Below, piece by piece: positions 27,601 to 40,050 of a stretch of DNA of 64,000 bases. Below the pieces are notes generated by a model. That model was not told the DNA's origin. It was given only the letters and a program-made list of their open reading frames with translations, and searched no databases. Numbering within the stretch: the first letter of the stretch is position 1; every line of letters begins with the position of its first letter. The DNA lies in assembly GCF_036321535.1 (NCBI RefSeq), contig NC_087437.1:66962001-67026000 (forward strand). Direction: 5' to 3'. The translations under genes were made by a program, and so were the position numbers. The DNA is from Camelus dromedarius. Its lineage: Eukaryota.

Positions 27601-28850
27601 CAGCAGTTTGGACTAGGGAAGACAGTTTTCTCTTGTTTTTGCTTTGCTTTATTCTTTCTGGTTGGTTTCTGGGAATTTGTTTTTTAAACATGAGGCTTTA
27701 AGTATTTAACATACTAATGATGTATTTCTAAAAATAGTTTTATTAATACATATTTCACATACCATAAAATTCACTCGTTAGTATTTTTAATATATCCATA
27801 GAGTTTTGCAATCATCACCACAGTCTAGTTTTAGAATATTTTTCACATTCCAGAAAGAAATTCTGTACACATTAGCAGTCATTACACCCTCCCTCCCCTA
27901 CCTCCTCCCCTACATCACCCCAACCCCAGGCAACCACTGATCTATTTTCTGTGTCTATGGATTTGCCTATTCTGGACATTTCACATAAGTAGAATCATAA
28001 AAAACCTGTATCTGGATTCTTTCACTTAGCATAATGTTTTCGAAGTTTATCAATATTGTAGTCTATGTTAGTACTTCATTTTCTTTTTAGTGCCAAATAA
28101 TTTCCATTATTACGATATACCACATTTTGTTTATCCATTTGTTAGTTGATGGGCATTTAAGTTGTTTCTACTTTTTGGCTATTATGGATAATGCTGGTAT
28201 GAAAATTTGTGTATAAGTTTTTGTGTGGATATATATATATTTTCTCTTTGTTATATACCTAGAAGTGGAATTGCTGGATCATATGATAACTCTCTGTGTA
28301 ATATTTTGAATAACCACCAAACTTTTCCAAAATGGCTGCACAACTTTACATTCCCGCTGGTAGTGTACGTGGGTTCCAATTTATCCACATCCTTGTCAGC
28401 ACTTGTTATTATGTCTTTATTATTTTAGCCATATTAGTGGATGTGAAGTGGTATATCTTTGTGGTTTTGATTTGCATTTCCCTGATGGCTAATGATGGTG
28501 AGCGTCTTTTTATGTGCTTATTGGCCACCTGTATACCTTCTTTGGAGAAATGTCTATTCAAAGTCTTTGCCCATTTTAATTTAACAAATAAATTAAAAGT
28601 TACTTGCTTATTTACTATTGAGTTGTAAGAATTCTTTACATATTCTAGATGTAAGGCCCTTGTGAAATATATGATTTGCAAATATTTTCTCCTATGCTAT
28701 GGGTTGTCTTTTCACTTTCTTGATGGTATCCTTTAAAATACAAAAGTTTTAAATGTTAATAAAGTCCAATTTATTTTTTCATTTGTGGCCTGTGCTTTTG
28801 GTGTCATATTTAAGAACCATTGTCTAGTCCTAAATCACAAAGCTTTAGAC
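21640..28850 (-). mobile_element. Cluster of reverse-oriented L1 fragments (L1ME/L1MB-like ORF2 and 3' ends), with small MIR/MaLR pieces
   Basis: Minus-strand ORFs 23462-23800 (SLFTGDMILYTENP), 24149-24460 (PGTDDFTDEVYQ) and 28409-28681 ([13 protein letters not shown]...REMQIKTT) are degenerate L1 ORF2. Confidence 0.85.
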
Positions 28851-29410
28851 CTGTTGAGGAAACCCAGTAAATGCCATCTTCCAAGTGAAAGGACTCAGTA
28901 TATCTGTGGTTTCCAAATCTGCCAAGAGCTTGTAACATTTAACTCCTTAGTAATTATGGCAGAGGAGCCGTAATCTACTAAGGAAGGTTGGATGAGTGTG
29001 TTATTCTTCCAATAATTTGCTGAAGTTGATGCAGATGACTTACTATAAGGAATCACACAGGAGAGAAGGAAGCTCAGAGCTTCTGGATGGTGGCAGCTGT
29101 GATGGGCACTTAGGAGCCATTCTGTTATCCTGATCTGTGTTGGGCCAACTGCAGATGAGCCATACAAACCTAACTAACCTGGGTTCGTGTTAGGTGTTCC
29201 TTCCTGTTTCAAAGGTGTGTGTGTGACTCAGTGGTCTAGTGAGATGGTTCTTATCCCAGTGTTTTGTACTGGAACCATGTATCCAAAGAGGTCTTTCCAA
29301 ACGTAACTTTTTAAAAATTTTGAAAATATGAAATCTACTTATTATTATGTTGTCACAACATAGAATCTTCCTTTCTCCTTTTCCTCACCCCTCTCAGGTA
29401 AGAAGAGGCA

Positions 29411-29459
29411 ATGTCTCTGGTGGGACTTTTGCTCCGGTGGGACTACCTTTCCAGAACTG
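29411..29459 (+). CDS. IGSF11: IGSF11 alternative first coding (leader) exon, MSLVGLLLRWDYLSRT-G; whole exon 29398-29459 with 13 nt UTR
   Basis: Long pyrimidine tract plus cag acceptor (29396-29397), ATG at 29411, 49 coding nt and phase-1 donor G|GTGAGT. It resembles the recalled human IGSF11 isoform N-terminus MSLVELLLWWNCFSRTG and fits synteny with TEX55. Confidence 0.88.
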
Positions 29460-30411
29460 GTGAGTGACTTGGCATTGATGTTTTAATACTATTAGCAGTT
29501 ATTATCTATGATGATCTGGCTGAGGGAAGGGCTTTTGATGATTCTGACCCCTCATCACATTCTACTACTTATTTAAAAAGTTTCCCATTTCTCAACCCTG
29601 GGAAAAGCAATTTTTAATTCCAAAAAGTATTTATTGGGCCCTTGCTATGTGTCAGGCAAACTGGATACAGTAGAAAATGAGGCAGATAGTTTTCAGTCTC
29701 AAAAATCTCATAGTCTAGAAGGAATCTCTAACAAGGAAATGAGCAATTATAATACTGTGTTAGGAGCTATGAAGGGAGAAATACAAGCAGCTCTCGGTGT
29801 GAGTTGGTGAGGCACTTAGCCCAAAGTTGAGGGGCGAGGACCAGTGATGTAAGAGGAGCATCACGTGTAGTCAGCTTATTTCAGTGCTGCAGTCTAGCTG
29901 CAGCTCCAACATCTACTAGCTTGTCAACTTAGGCAAATTTCTTAATCTTTACCACTTTCAATTTCTTCATATTTGAAATGGGGAATACAATACTCATCTC
30001 ACTGGTCTTCTATGAAAATAAATGAGTCAGTACTATATGTAATATAATTTATATAACTGCTTAGCATAGTCGGTAAACAATAAAAAATGGTAACATTGTT
30101 ATTTTGAGAGCCAAAGGGTTATTAAGAGTTAAGAAGTAAATGGAGTGGTCAGTGTCAGGAGAATATTCCAGGCACAGAGAAAAGCACATTGCATGCCTGG
30201 AGGCAGAACAGATCATGGAGAGTCTGAATAACTAAAAGAAATTCATTATGCTGAAATACTCTATGAGGGGGTTGGAGAGAAACAGATGAGGAAGGAGAGG
30301 TGGACAAAGGCCAGATCATGGAGATGTTTGGCCTTTATCCCAAGAGTATACAGAGTCACGAAAGGGGTTCTTACAGGTATTGACATAATCAGATTTGCAT
30401 TTTAGGTCATT

Positions 30412-30540
30412 TTTTGGGGGGAGGGAGGTGATTAGATCTCTTTACTTGTTATAATTTTTTAAGTGGAGGTACTAGGGATTGAATCCATGACCTTGTGCGT
30501 GCTAAGCATACACTCTACCACTGAGCTATACCCTTCCCAC
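30412..30540 (-). mobile_element. tRNA-derived SINE, Vic-1-like (camelid)
   Basis: Reverse strand reads GGGAAGGGTATAGCTCAGTGGTAGAG (A box)...GGATTCAATCC (B box)...ctaatcacctccctccccccaaaaaa. TSD taggtcatt at 30403-30411 and 30541-30549. Confidence 0.85.
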
Positions 30541-31830
30541 TAGGTCATTCTTGTAACTGAAAAAATGGATGGAAAGGTAAGATCAGAGACAGGGAGACTA
30601 ACAAAATCCTATTATAGAGGCTTCTAGTATTTAAATGGCCAAGTAAAGATGGCGCTGCACTCTTCTTCTCTCAGAAATCAGTGCAAGATAAGAACAAAAA
30701 CCAGAAATGCAAATTCAACCTTTGGAAAAAATTAGATGAAACCTACAACCCCGAATCATAATATATGAGGAAAGGTTACTGAGAGCAGCTCTGGTCAAAC
30801 AAGAATATGAGTGGATACAGAATGATGCTGCATCTACACATTTCAGGCAAAACTGGCAGAGAAAATCTTCCAGAAAAGAAACTGTACCCTGAGGGGTCGG
30901 GGGGAACCTAACATTTCCTTATTTGGAATAATGGAGTGAGGAGTGAGGAAGGGAGTGAAAGGAAATGGAAATATATAAATTTAATAATTGCTACTATTAC
31001 GGAGTAACAGATACTGTCCAATGAAATAGATGATTAAATGTAGTATAAATTTATAGTTATCCCACAGATATACTTGCAAATGTGAAAAATGAAGTATGTG
31101 AAAAGACATTCATTGCAACATCATTTGTAAAAGCAAATGCTTGGGAATGGTATAAATATAATTTATACCTGTGGACAGCAGCTATTGTAAAGAATGAGCT
31201 CTATGTGCACTTGTGTGAAATGATCTCCAAGATGTATTATTAAGTGGCAAAACTAGGTACAGAAGAAAGTGAACTGCATGGGGGAAGAAAGCCAGCATAT
31301 ATACATGTATGCTTGTATGTGTGTAAAATCTCTCTGGAAGGACACACAAAACTTTGGTTAGCTTGGTTTGCTCTTATTAAGGGCATTGTATCACTGGGGG
31401 TCTGGGATGGGAGGGACATGTTTATTGAATTTTGTGCCATTACTTTAAAAAATAATTTATTTTTCTTGAAAAGAAGATATTTAAGTCAGGTCAGTAAGGG
31501 AAGATGGTGGCCTGAGCTACAGGAGTGGCACTAGAGATGGAGGGAAGCAGGTGGATTGGAAGTACTACCAGTTGGAATGATGGGTAGTGAGGAGGAAGGG
31601 ATCAAAGATGACATCTCGGTTTCTTCTAGTTGGGTAAGTGGGTAGGTGTTGGGTCATTCCCCAAGGTGGGACAGTCGGATTCCCTGGAGATCTGTCCACA
31701 GACTTCATTTCTTACCTTTATCTATAGAATTCTGTTATTTCATGCCTTTTTACCTCTCTATCACTTCAGTTTCCACCTCTTTGTGAACAACTTTTATGCC
31801 TTTTTAAAACTCTAAATTACCTGGGTTATC

Positions 31831-31849
31831 GGGCGCCATCTGGACGTTA
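31831..31849 (-). promoter_or_regulatory. CTCF-like motif (reverse; CGTCCAGATGGCGCCC)
   Basis: Core CCAGATGGCGC with retained CpGs in AT-rich surroundings; two mismatches in the 5' part. Confidence 0.45.
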
Positions 31850-32069
31850 ACTCTTTAAGGTTAACATCCTTAACTAATTATAGGACTAAAGAATCATAAA
31901 ATTAGATCTAAAATGGACCTTAGAAATTTATCATGGTCTTACCATTTTATTTTAGCAATGAAAGCCCTAAGGCACAGAGGCAATATGTGACTTAGATTTT
32001 TGTTAAAATTTTACATAAGTTGGAGCACGAACTTACATGTTTTTGATCTCCCTTTTCTTCCTTTATCTT

Positions 32070-33200
32070 TGTTTATTGAAGTATAGTTGACATCTAATAT
32101 TACATTTGTTTCAGGTGTACAACATAGTGATTTGACATTTATATACATTGCTAATTGATCACCGTAAGTCTAGTAACTATCACCACACAAATATATCATA
32201 ATGTTATTGACTATATCCCCTAGCTGTGCATTATATCCCTGTGACTTATATATTTTACAACTGCAGCTTTGCACCTCTCAGTCCCTATCACCTATTTTGT
32301 CCAATCCCCCACCCACTTCCCCCTGGCAAACACAAGTTTGTTCTCTGTAGTTACGAGTCTGTTTCTGTTTTGTTTTGTTTTAGATTCCACACATAAGTGA
32401 AATCATACAGTATCTGTCCTTCTCTGTCTGAATTATGTTATTTAGGATAATATCCTTTAGGTCATTCCATGTCACAAATGGCAAGATTTCATTCTTTTTT
32501 ATGGTTGAGTAATATTCCATTGTAAATATATATGCTCATACATCCTACATCTTCTTTATCCATTCATCTATTGATGAACATTGTGTGTGGATTTATTTCT
32601 TGGCTCTGTAGTCTGTTCCACTGATCTATTTGTTCTGTAAGAATGGATTAAAGACTTAAGTGTAAGACCTGATACCATAAAACTCTTAAAAGAAGACATA
32701 TGCATTATGCTCTTTGACATCAGTCTTAGCAATATTTTTTGAATCTGTCTCTTTAAGCAAGGGAAACAAAAGGAAAAATAAACAAATCGGACTATATCAA
32801 ACTAAAAGCTTTTGCATGTCAAAGGAAACTATCAACAAAACAAAAAACAACTTAATTAAATGAGAGAAGATATTTGCAAATGATGTAGTCAATCATGGTT
32901 AATATCCAAAATAAAAAAAAAAAGAATTCACAACATTCAACATTAAAAAAACAAGCAATCCAATCTAAAAATCCAACCTGAGTCCCCTCCCGGGGGCACA
33001 GGTCCTGACATGATAGCTTTTCCTCCATTCCTACATGATTAAATGTGTATCTTTTTTACAGCCTTGGTTGTATGGGTGTCCTTCTGTGAGTTTTCAGTTA
33101 GTTTTCAGTGAGAATTCTTCCACATGTAGATGTATCTTTGATGTGTTCATGGGGGGAGGTGAACTCCATGCTGGTCTACTCCACTATCTTGACGTCTCCT
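32070..33200 (-). mobile_element. Rearranged L1: 3' end (-), inverted ORF2 piece (+, ~32640-32975), 5'UTR start (-)
   Basis: Starts with tttattgaagtatagttgac (3' end). Contains + strand aatggattaaagactt...gaagatatttgcaaat and a reverse 5' end tcaagatagtggagtag...gagttcacctcccccca. Confidence 0.7.
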
Positions 33201-34359
33201 TTCCTGAAGCATCTTCCGTCAGTGTCTCTTTCTCTGTTGCTGTTATTCTGGCAGAAGTTGAGGTTCTCTTGCCTGGACTGTAGCAGTGGCCTTCAATCTG
33301 ATCTCCTTGGCTTTAAGCTTTCTCTTTTTCAAATAAATTATCTTCTGAATTACAGCAAAATGTTTCTTTCCAAAAATGTGGGTTTTATTGTGACCTCAAC
33401 ATTTTTTCACTAACTGTTCAAGGCAGATAGATCAAAGTACACATTTCTTGGATGGCATTTAAAGTTTCCATGATTTGTAACTAGCTTTTGTTTCTGATTT
33501 CATTTCTAAACACACCTGCCATTGTAGCCATATCTCAGTAGTCATCTTTCCAAAATGTAATCTGTACTTTTCCACTAATGTGTATTAGGTCACCTTTTCC
33601 CTTCCATCTGAGATAACTTTTCCCATTTTTTTTTTTTTGAAGATTTAGTCATCCTTCACAATAACCCATTCAGTTACTGCCACTTCAAGAAGATTTCTTA
33701 GAGCAAACCTTCCCCTTACTTGCATGTCTTTGAGTTTGTACCACCAGCAGAAGAGTATTCTGGCAGTTTTCTTTCCATCTGAGTGGTGCATGTGTTCATG
33801 TACCGTTCTCTTTACATGCAGAGGCCATGTCTTTTTCAGTTTGGTATATGCCACCAAATTTTTCTGTTTCCTGACTTTTGCACATTCTAGATGCTCAGAA
33901 AAAAATTTGGATTGAATTGATGATTCTTTGTGTCACCTCTGCAGAATTTCAGTGATCTGGAACTGGTTGGAAAACTGAGGTTAGAAATCAGAGAGATTAA
34001 CCACGAACATTTAAGTAGTAACAGAAGTACTCTTGAGTGACTTGTTATATGTCTAAATGGCATCCTTCACTTATGCCTTTTTTGTTGCAGTTTTTACATG
34101 TCTATTTTGCAGTTTATTACAATTGGTGCAAATTTTTAAAAAGTGAAACATTGTACTTCATATGACTGATTTCCTAAAGGGACTAAATTATAAATACAAA
34201 TAAATTTGTTACTGGAGATATTAATACAAATTTTGAAACATTCAAGAAAATGTATAAGAGTATTTGGGAAAATATTTGAGTAGGAAAATTATTTTATTTT
34301 TTAAGGTGAGTCACTTAGTTGACAAGGATATGACCTTAATGTGCACTACATGATTTCTC

Positions 34360-34374
34360 CCACTAGAGGGCAGC
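34360..34374 (+). promoter_or_regulatory. CTCF motif CCACTAGAGGGCAGC
   Basis: Close match to CCASYAGRKGGCRS in non-repetitive AT-rich sequence. Confidence 0.7.
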
Positions 34375-35724
34375 AGTAACTCATGATTGCACCAGGCAAT
34401 AGTAAAATGCTTTGGGATTATTCTTGAAATATAGTTTCCAATGCAAAACTGGACAAAATGCATTTGCCATTAATTAAAAAAAAAACAAGTATTTTGCTGA
34501 CTTTCTGGCCAAATGGAAATTAAGCCCTAGTATTAGTTGTTAAGTTTAGTCGACAAATTGTGTTACTTATTAGAACAATTCTCTTACCTTAGTTTTCAAG
34601 TTCATTTCTCATTTCATAGATTCATGCATTAAGCCTTGTTCTGTAGTAGGCACTGTGCTGTTTCTGGGAATATAAAGTTGAATAAGACATAGACTGAGCT
34701 TCAGTGAACCCTATTTCATTAAAATTTTTTTTTTTAGTATTCTTATACTAAATGGAATGGGGATATAAATATGTTTAAGACGTAATAATATAGAGACTGC
34801 TTGCAATGAGAGGCACTATTCTATGTGTTTTACTCATTTTATCTTACTACTCACAACAACTCTAAGAGGTAGGCATTAGTATTCCTATTTTACAGGTGTA
34901 AATTGAGGCACAAAGAGGTAACTTGCCAAGACTCACACAACATTTAAGTGGTGGGACCAGCATTTGAACTTAGGTAGTTTTTTTCCCCCCTCTTCTCTCT
35001 CTCTATCTTTTGCATTTTTTAAAAAATTAAAGTATATCAACTTAGGCAGTTTTAATATGGCACTTGCACTATTTCCTGCAATAAGCTCTGTTCTCAAAAA
35101 ACAATCACCTACAGAGAAACGAGACATCCTGGGGAAATAGAAAGATCATATGGGTGAAGTACTTCCTCTTGAGGTCTACGACTGAGTCCCAGTAAAGGTA
35201 CTCCTCTTTCTCACCTGGATTCTGAACAGTTTTAGGAATAAGACAAACGAGTTGGGAGATGGGGGCCAAAATATCACCTTTATTACTGGTAGGAACCAAA
35301 TGGGAGGATCTGGCTTTAGATCTGTTAGCCAAATGGGCTTGCTGATCCTGAGCTGCACAATGAGCAGATTCCCCCCCTCGCCCTCTATGAAGGGAAGCCT
35401 GGGCTCAGGGTAAGCCCCACCCCCAAACCTCCGGCCAGTGCTTGCTCCCAGGAGGGCAGCTGGGCAAACAGTGAAATGGGTGCTCCCTATAAACACTCCC
35501 TCCAAAAAGAAGGCAGATTCTGAGCCAAGCATGCCTAATTTATTCTTCCCAAATTTACCAGTTAGATAACTTACCCCATCTCCTCTGAACAGAGAGAAAC
35601 CAGTAATTACAGTTAGTGAATTTTTTCTGGACAGGAAATATCAGATATAGTGGAGATGCATACCTCCCTAATATTTTCTAGCTCCTGTCAGCTATTTATT
35701 AGTTAATTTTTTTGAGAAAGCCAT

Positions 35725-36450
35725 TGTGGTAGACAAAACAATGGTCCCTCAAATGTGTCTACATCCCAGTCCTTGAACCTGTGAATGTTAGGTTACATGT
35801 CAAAGGAATTAAGCTTGCTAATCAGCTGACTGTAAGATGGGAGATTTTCCTGGATTATCCAGGTGTGGTATAGACTGAATGTTTATGTTCCTCCAAAATT
35901 CAGCTGTCGACGCCTTAAGCACTAATGTGATGGTATTTGGAGGTAATTGATTTGGATTAGGTCATGAGAGGGAGGCCTTCACAGTGGAATTAGTGCCTTT
36001 ATAAGAAGAGGAATAACTCCCTGTGAGCACCCATGGAAGAAAGGCCACGTGAGCATTAAGCAAGAAGGCAGCCACCTGCAAACCAGGAGGGGAGCTCTCA
36101 CAAGAGCCCACCTGTGCTGGCTCCTGATTTTAGGCTTCCAACCTCCAGGACTATGGGAAAATGAATGTCTTTCGTTTGAGCCCCCAGGCTGCTGTGATAG
36201 CAGCACAAGCTAACACAAAGTGCGTGCAATACAGTCACCCTTAAAAGTGGAAGAGGATACAAGATCTTGCGAAAAAAAATGTGACAATGATTATATGTAT
36301 GTTCGTGTATAACTGAAAAATTGTGCTCTACACTGGAATTTGACACAACATTGTAAAATGACTATAACTCAATGAAAAAATGTTAAAAAAAAAAAAAGTG
36401 GAAGAGAAATGTGGGAGAATCACAGAGATGACAACGTGACAAGGACTTGG
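35725..36450 (+). mobile_element. Nested MaLR LTRs (MLT1D/C-like host, MLT1A/B-like insert ~35864-36215) plus young L1 tail
   Basis: Two LTR starts (tgtggtagaca; tgtggtatagactgaatg) and an inner end gctaacaca. The host resumes afterwards. Confidence 0.7.
36256..36393 (+). mobile_element. Young 5'-truncated L1 3' end (camelid-type)
   Basis: Poly-A tail and perfect 13-bp TSD aaaagtggaagag (36243-36255, 36394-36406) at a TT|AAAA site. Confidence 0.85.
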
Positions 36451-36580
36451 CTCCCAAAGTATGATAAAACAGACTTCATGACAAAATGGTGTCTGATAAG
36501 TGTGGGACTCCTAGTCCAGAAGAGGGTATAATATAAATCAGAAGGAGTAGAGCTCAGTGAATTAAAAAGCCGGAACTCCA

Positions 36581-36832
36581 GTTTGGGATTTGCAGATACA
36601 AACTACTGTATATAACACAGATAAAACAACCAGGTCCTAATGTGTAGCACAGGGAACTACATTCAACATCTTGTTATAACCTATAATGAAAAAGAATATG
36701 AAAAGATTGTACATGTATAACTGGATCACTATGCTTTACACTAGAAACTAACACAACACTGTAAATCAACTAAACTTCAATAAAAAAGAGAAACAATTAG
36801 AAATCCACCCTCCCCCAAATAAAACCCAAATC
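36581..36832 (+). mobile_element. 5'-truncated artiodactyl-type L1 3' end
   Basis: Motif gtcctaatgtgtagcacagggaactac and 15-bp TSD aaagc(c/a)ggaactcca (36566-36580, 36833-36847). Confidence 0.8.
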
Positions 36833-37607
36833 AAAGCAGGAACTCCATAGCTACCCTTTTTATCTAAGGTCCTATGAGATTAAATGGACTGGTAAAACAG
36901 AGGGAAACTTGGAACTTGTAAAAGCCGTTCAAGGTCTGTGTTACTCTGTTTCCCTTTGATATGCCTTAGCATTTCGTAAAGACATGAATGTTCTGTCTTT
37001 CCCAGCTTTGCTGCTGGACATAAAGAAAAAATTCATTCACACAGCATGGAGTAGAAAGGTAAATGCGAAGTAGTGAAACTTCCCAACCTAGAGGCAAATA
37101 TGATGATGGCATTAGTCATCTGCAAAAAGACCCAAAGGGGAAGGAAGACTCTCATACAGGGCCAGGAAGTGTAGTCTAGTTGCTTTCTTCGTTTGAAAAG
37201 TCCTTGGAGTTTCCGGACTCCATTATCATAAAAAAAGACTGCATTTCCTTTTAAGAAGTTAAAGCCATATATATGTTCCATTTAAGTCGCAGCCACTTGT
37301 CCTCCTTCCACAGGTATTTCTAAGAGGCTGGCCCACAAGGAATGGGCCAGTTAGAAAAGCCTGGAGGACAAGCATGCCCACCAAGAAGAGTACTTGAAAG
37401 ATGGTCACTATAACCATGGTAGCTTTTATTCAATGCATCCATTGCTTATTTGGTGACTCCCTATTAAGTACTAAATACTGCACTAGATAGTTGCTAGAGA
37501 TAAAAATATAAACAAATAGTCCACGTCCTTAAGGAGCTCAAAGTATACTTGGGAAATGAAGACAGGTAAATGAACAGAACACAGTATACTATAAGTAAAA
37601 AAGAAGT

Positions 37608-38074
37608 TGTTTATAAGAGGCAATCTTCCATGAGCCCTGAGCATCCCCATGTGCTCCTGCTGGATATGCCAAGAATGCAAGGCCCTGAGCTCCTTTTACC
37701 TGGACCATTTCTCAGAGTTGGATCTGTAGCAAGTGACCTCAAGGATAAGGTATTGTCTCCTTGAGACAAAGAACAGGCGTGCTTACCACTCACTGTAAAA
37801 GTGGTGAGTCTCCAAATGCCGTGTTCCTCTCCTGTAATGCAACCCACTGCAGGTGTAGGCAAGTATCCAGATCCACCTGTGTCAACCCTGTGAGACTGGG
37901 AGGACCTGAGGAACTGGCACAAACATAAAGCTTTGGCTGCCATCTTTGTTGTAATAAAGTCCTTTGTTTCTGATCCAGGTATCTCATGTCGTCTGCCAGC
38001 ACCATGAAACAGTAATGAGCTAGCTTGTTAGCTTGTAAGTAGGGTAAAATCCCAGGCCTTTCACAATTTCTGAC
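37608..38074 (+). mobile_element. Solo ERVL LTR, LTR47-like
   Basis: ccctgagcatccc...tgccaagaatgcaaggccctga...gtaataaagtcctttg...ttgttagcttgtaagtagggtaaaat matches the recalled LTR47 consensus. Confidence 0.75.
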
Positions 38075-38380
38075 TGTACTTTGCTTGGGGAAGTAGCCTG
38101 AGACTTGAAGAGTGAATATGTAATTTCTAGGCTGCTGAGAAGGTCACGAAACCACTCAGCTAACACAGTCAGGCAACGCTGCTCTCTGGAGGCTTTAGGT
38201 CCCTTGTTGACTCTGACCTGCGTAGATCTACTTGATTCATTGGTTGCATTCTTGGGGGAAAATAGTGTGTGTATTCTCTTTGCAGCAGATATAGTTCCTG
38301 CTTCTTTGTGTAAAGGAGGAGGTATTGACCAAAGCAAAGACTGAATATTTTCCAATCTGGGTGTGAACCATAATCTGAAT

Positions 38381-38382
38381 GT

Positions 38383-38446
<64 letters not shown>
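38381..38446. repeat. Compound (GT)n(GA)n microsatellite
   Basis: Directly visible. Confidence 0.95.
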
Positions 38447-40010
38447 TTCCTTACTGTCATTTTTAAATAATAATTTTGTTTGGGTTTTGACTTTGATACT
38501 TTTCCTTAGCTCATTTTAATGTGAAATTTTCCTGAACCTCTAGAATAAGGAAAGATTTTTGTTTGTTTGTTTTAATTTCACAGAGCTTTATGTTTTATGT
38601 GGTGTTAGAAATACGGTGGCTTGCGTTCTGGGGTTTCCTGAATTTGTCTAGCTATATACTTTGGTCTAGATATTCTTGTTCCTTTTTCCCTATTCTGCTC
38701 AATTTTGATTTCACTCCTATCAGTTTCTCCTCCTTGTACTGCCCTTTCCTAGTACTCCTGAGTCTATGCCAGCATTTCTTTCCTGGAGCATCTGAACTAA
38801 TCGGGGGTTTTGTTGTCAAAACCCTCGGAAGACACCTAATTCCATCTTTGTTCATCCTATGAAACAGACACCAACGCCATACAAGTTTTGTGGCTGCCAG
38901 TGGCTCACCGGCACACCCATTTGTGTTTTGTAAGCATATCCTGTCATCTAGTTTTTGAAGAAATGTTGTTCCTGGGTTTTTGCCTTTGCTATCTAGTTGC
39001 TCTGTTTTCATGGGAGCATTTGGAAAAATGCAAAAATTATGCTGCCACTGCCTTAATCTTCCTTTAATCCACATTAAAATTCTTACCAACTATACCTGAT
39101 GCGTATACCTGAGGCTTTTACAAGGATGCTCCAGCTTTATGAAAATATCCCTTAAAATGTTATAAGATCGTTTCCTTATTGTATCTGGGTGATCTTCTGA
39201 TCTTAATTTGATTTCTCCCTTGGAAGCAATCTTGTTGATTAGCTAAGATGAAGAAATACCCTTGGTTTTTCTATTCATCATGATTAATTATTTACATATT
39301 CAATTCAGGTTAACCCTTACTTGGGTCTATTGTTTGTGCCAGGCACTATGAGTAGGTACCGGAGACACAGAGTCGGATGTGCTGTAGACCCTACACGGAA
39401 GGAGCTCACAGATGTATTTGTTTACTGGTGTGAAGGCTCTGTCCTCACCTCAGAGGATGTCAGACTCCTAAAAACAACCTCTGATGGAGAGAAGGAATTT
39501 AGACACTGACTATTGAAGCCCTATGAAAATAACCAGTAAAATTTCGGGGGGAGGAGGAAACAAATCACTACTGAACCTCAAATTAATGTGGAAGACAAGA
39601 CTTTGAACATTGATATTGTTAAGTCCCTGGTGTTCGCCAATAATGTTTTGTCTCAGAATGTAGTTGGATAAAGTCATGTAATGACTGAAGTTTTCCCTAA
39701 TGAGGTAGGGCCTACCAGAGTAATTTGAACAGTCTGGTGTAAAAAGGCCCAAGAAGACCAGATACATGAAGAGCTTCTGCAGGGAGTCACCCACAGTGCA
39801 GTGTGAGCTGGTCGAGCACACTCCACGGACTTGGAGCTGACGCAGTGGGATCCCTGGGAGGCATCCGGAAAGGCACAGTGCTAGTGACTGAAGGTGACAT
39901 AGCTGAGCTGTGCAGGCAGAGCTGGGGATCTTAGCGATCTTCAGTTTCCTATGTAACAGGAGGACAGTGTGTGAATCATTATTTACATTTTAATGTTATC
40001 TTTGTGATAT

Positions 40011-40014
<4 letters not shown>

Positions 40015-40047
<33 letters not shown>
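40015..40047. repeat. (TG)n microsatellite at the 5' end of an MLT1-like LTR fragment (~40000-40260)
   Basis: Directly visible; followed by atggactgaatgttt...attaggaggtggggccttcgggag. Confidence 0.9.

Positions 40048-40050
<3 letters not shown>

Noticed and set aside
30470..30540. tRNA gene
   Set aside because: A/B boxes are present, but it has a SINE tail and TSD and no intact acceptor stem.
30646..30654. YY1 motif AAGATGGCG as a promoter
   Set aside because: Context looks like the remnant 5' end of an old L1; no CpG island.
38020..39089. 146-aa and 145-aa minus-strand ORFs
   Set aside because: One runs through the (GT)(GA) microsatellite and an LTR end. The other has a non-ATG start and looks like decayed repeat sequence with no recognisable domain.
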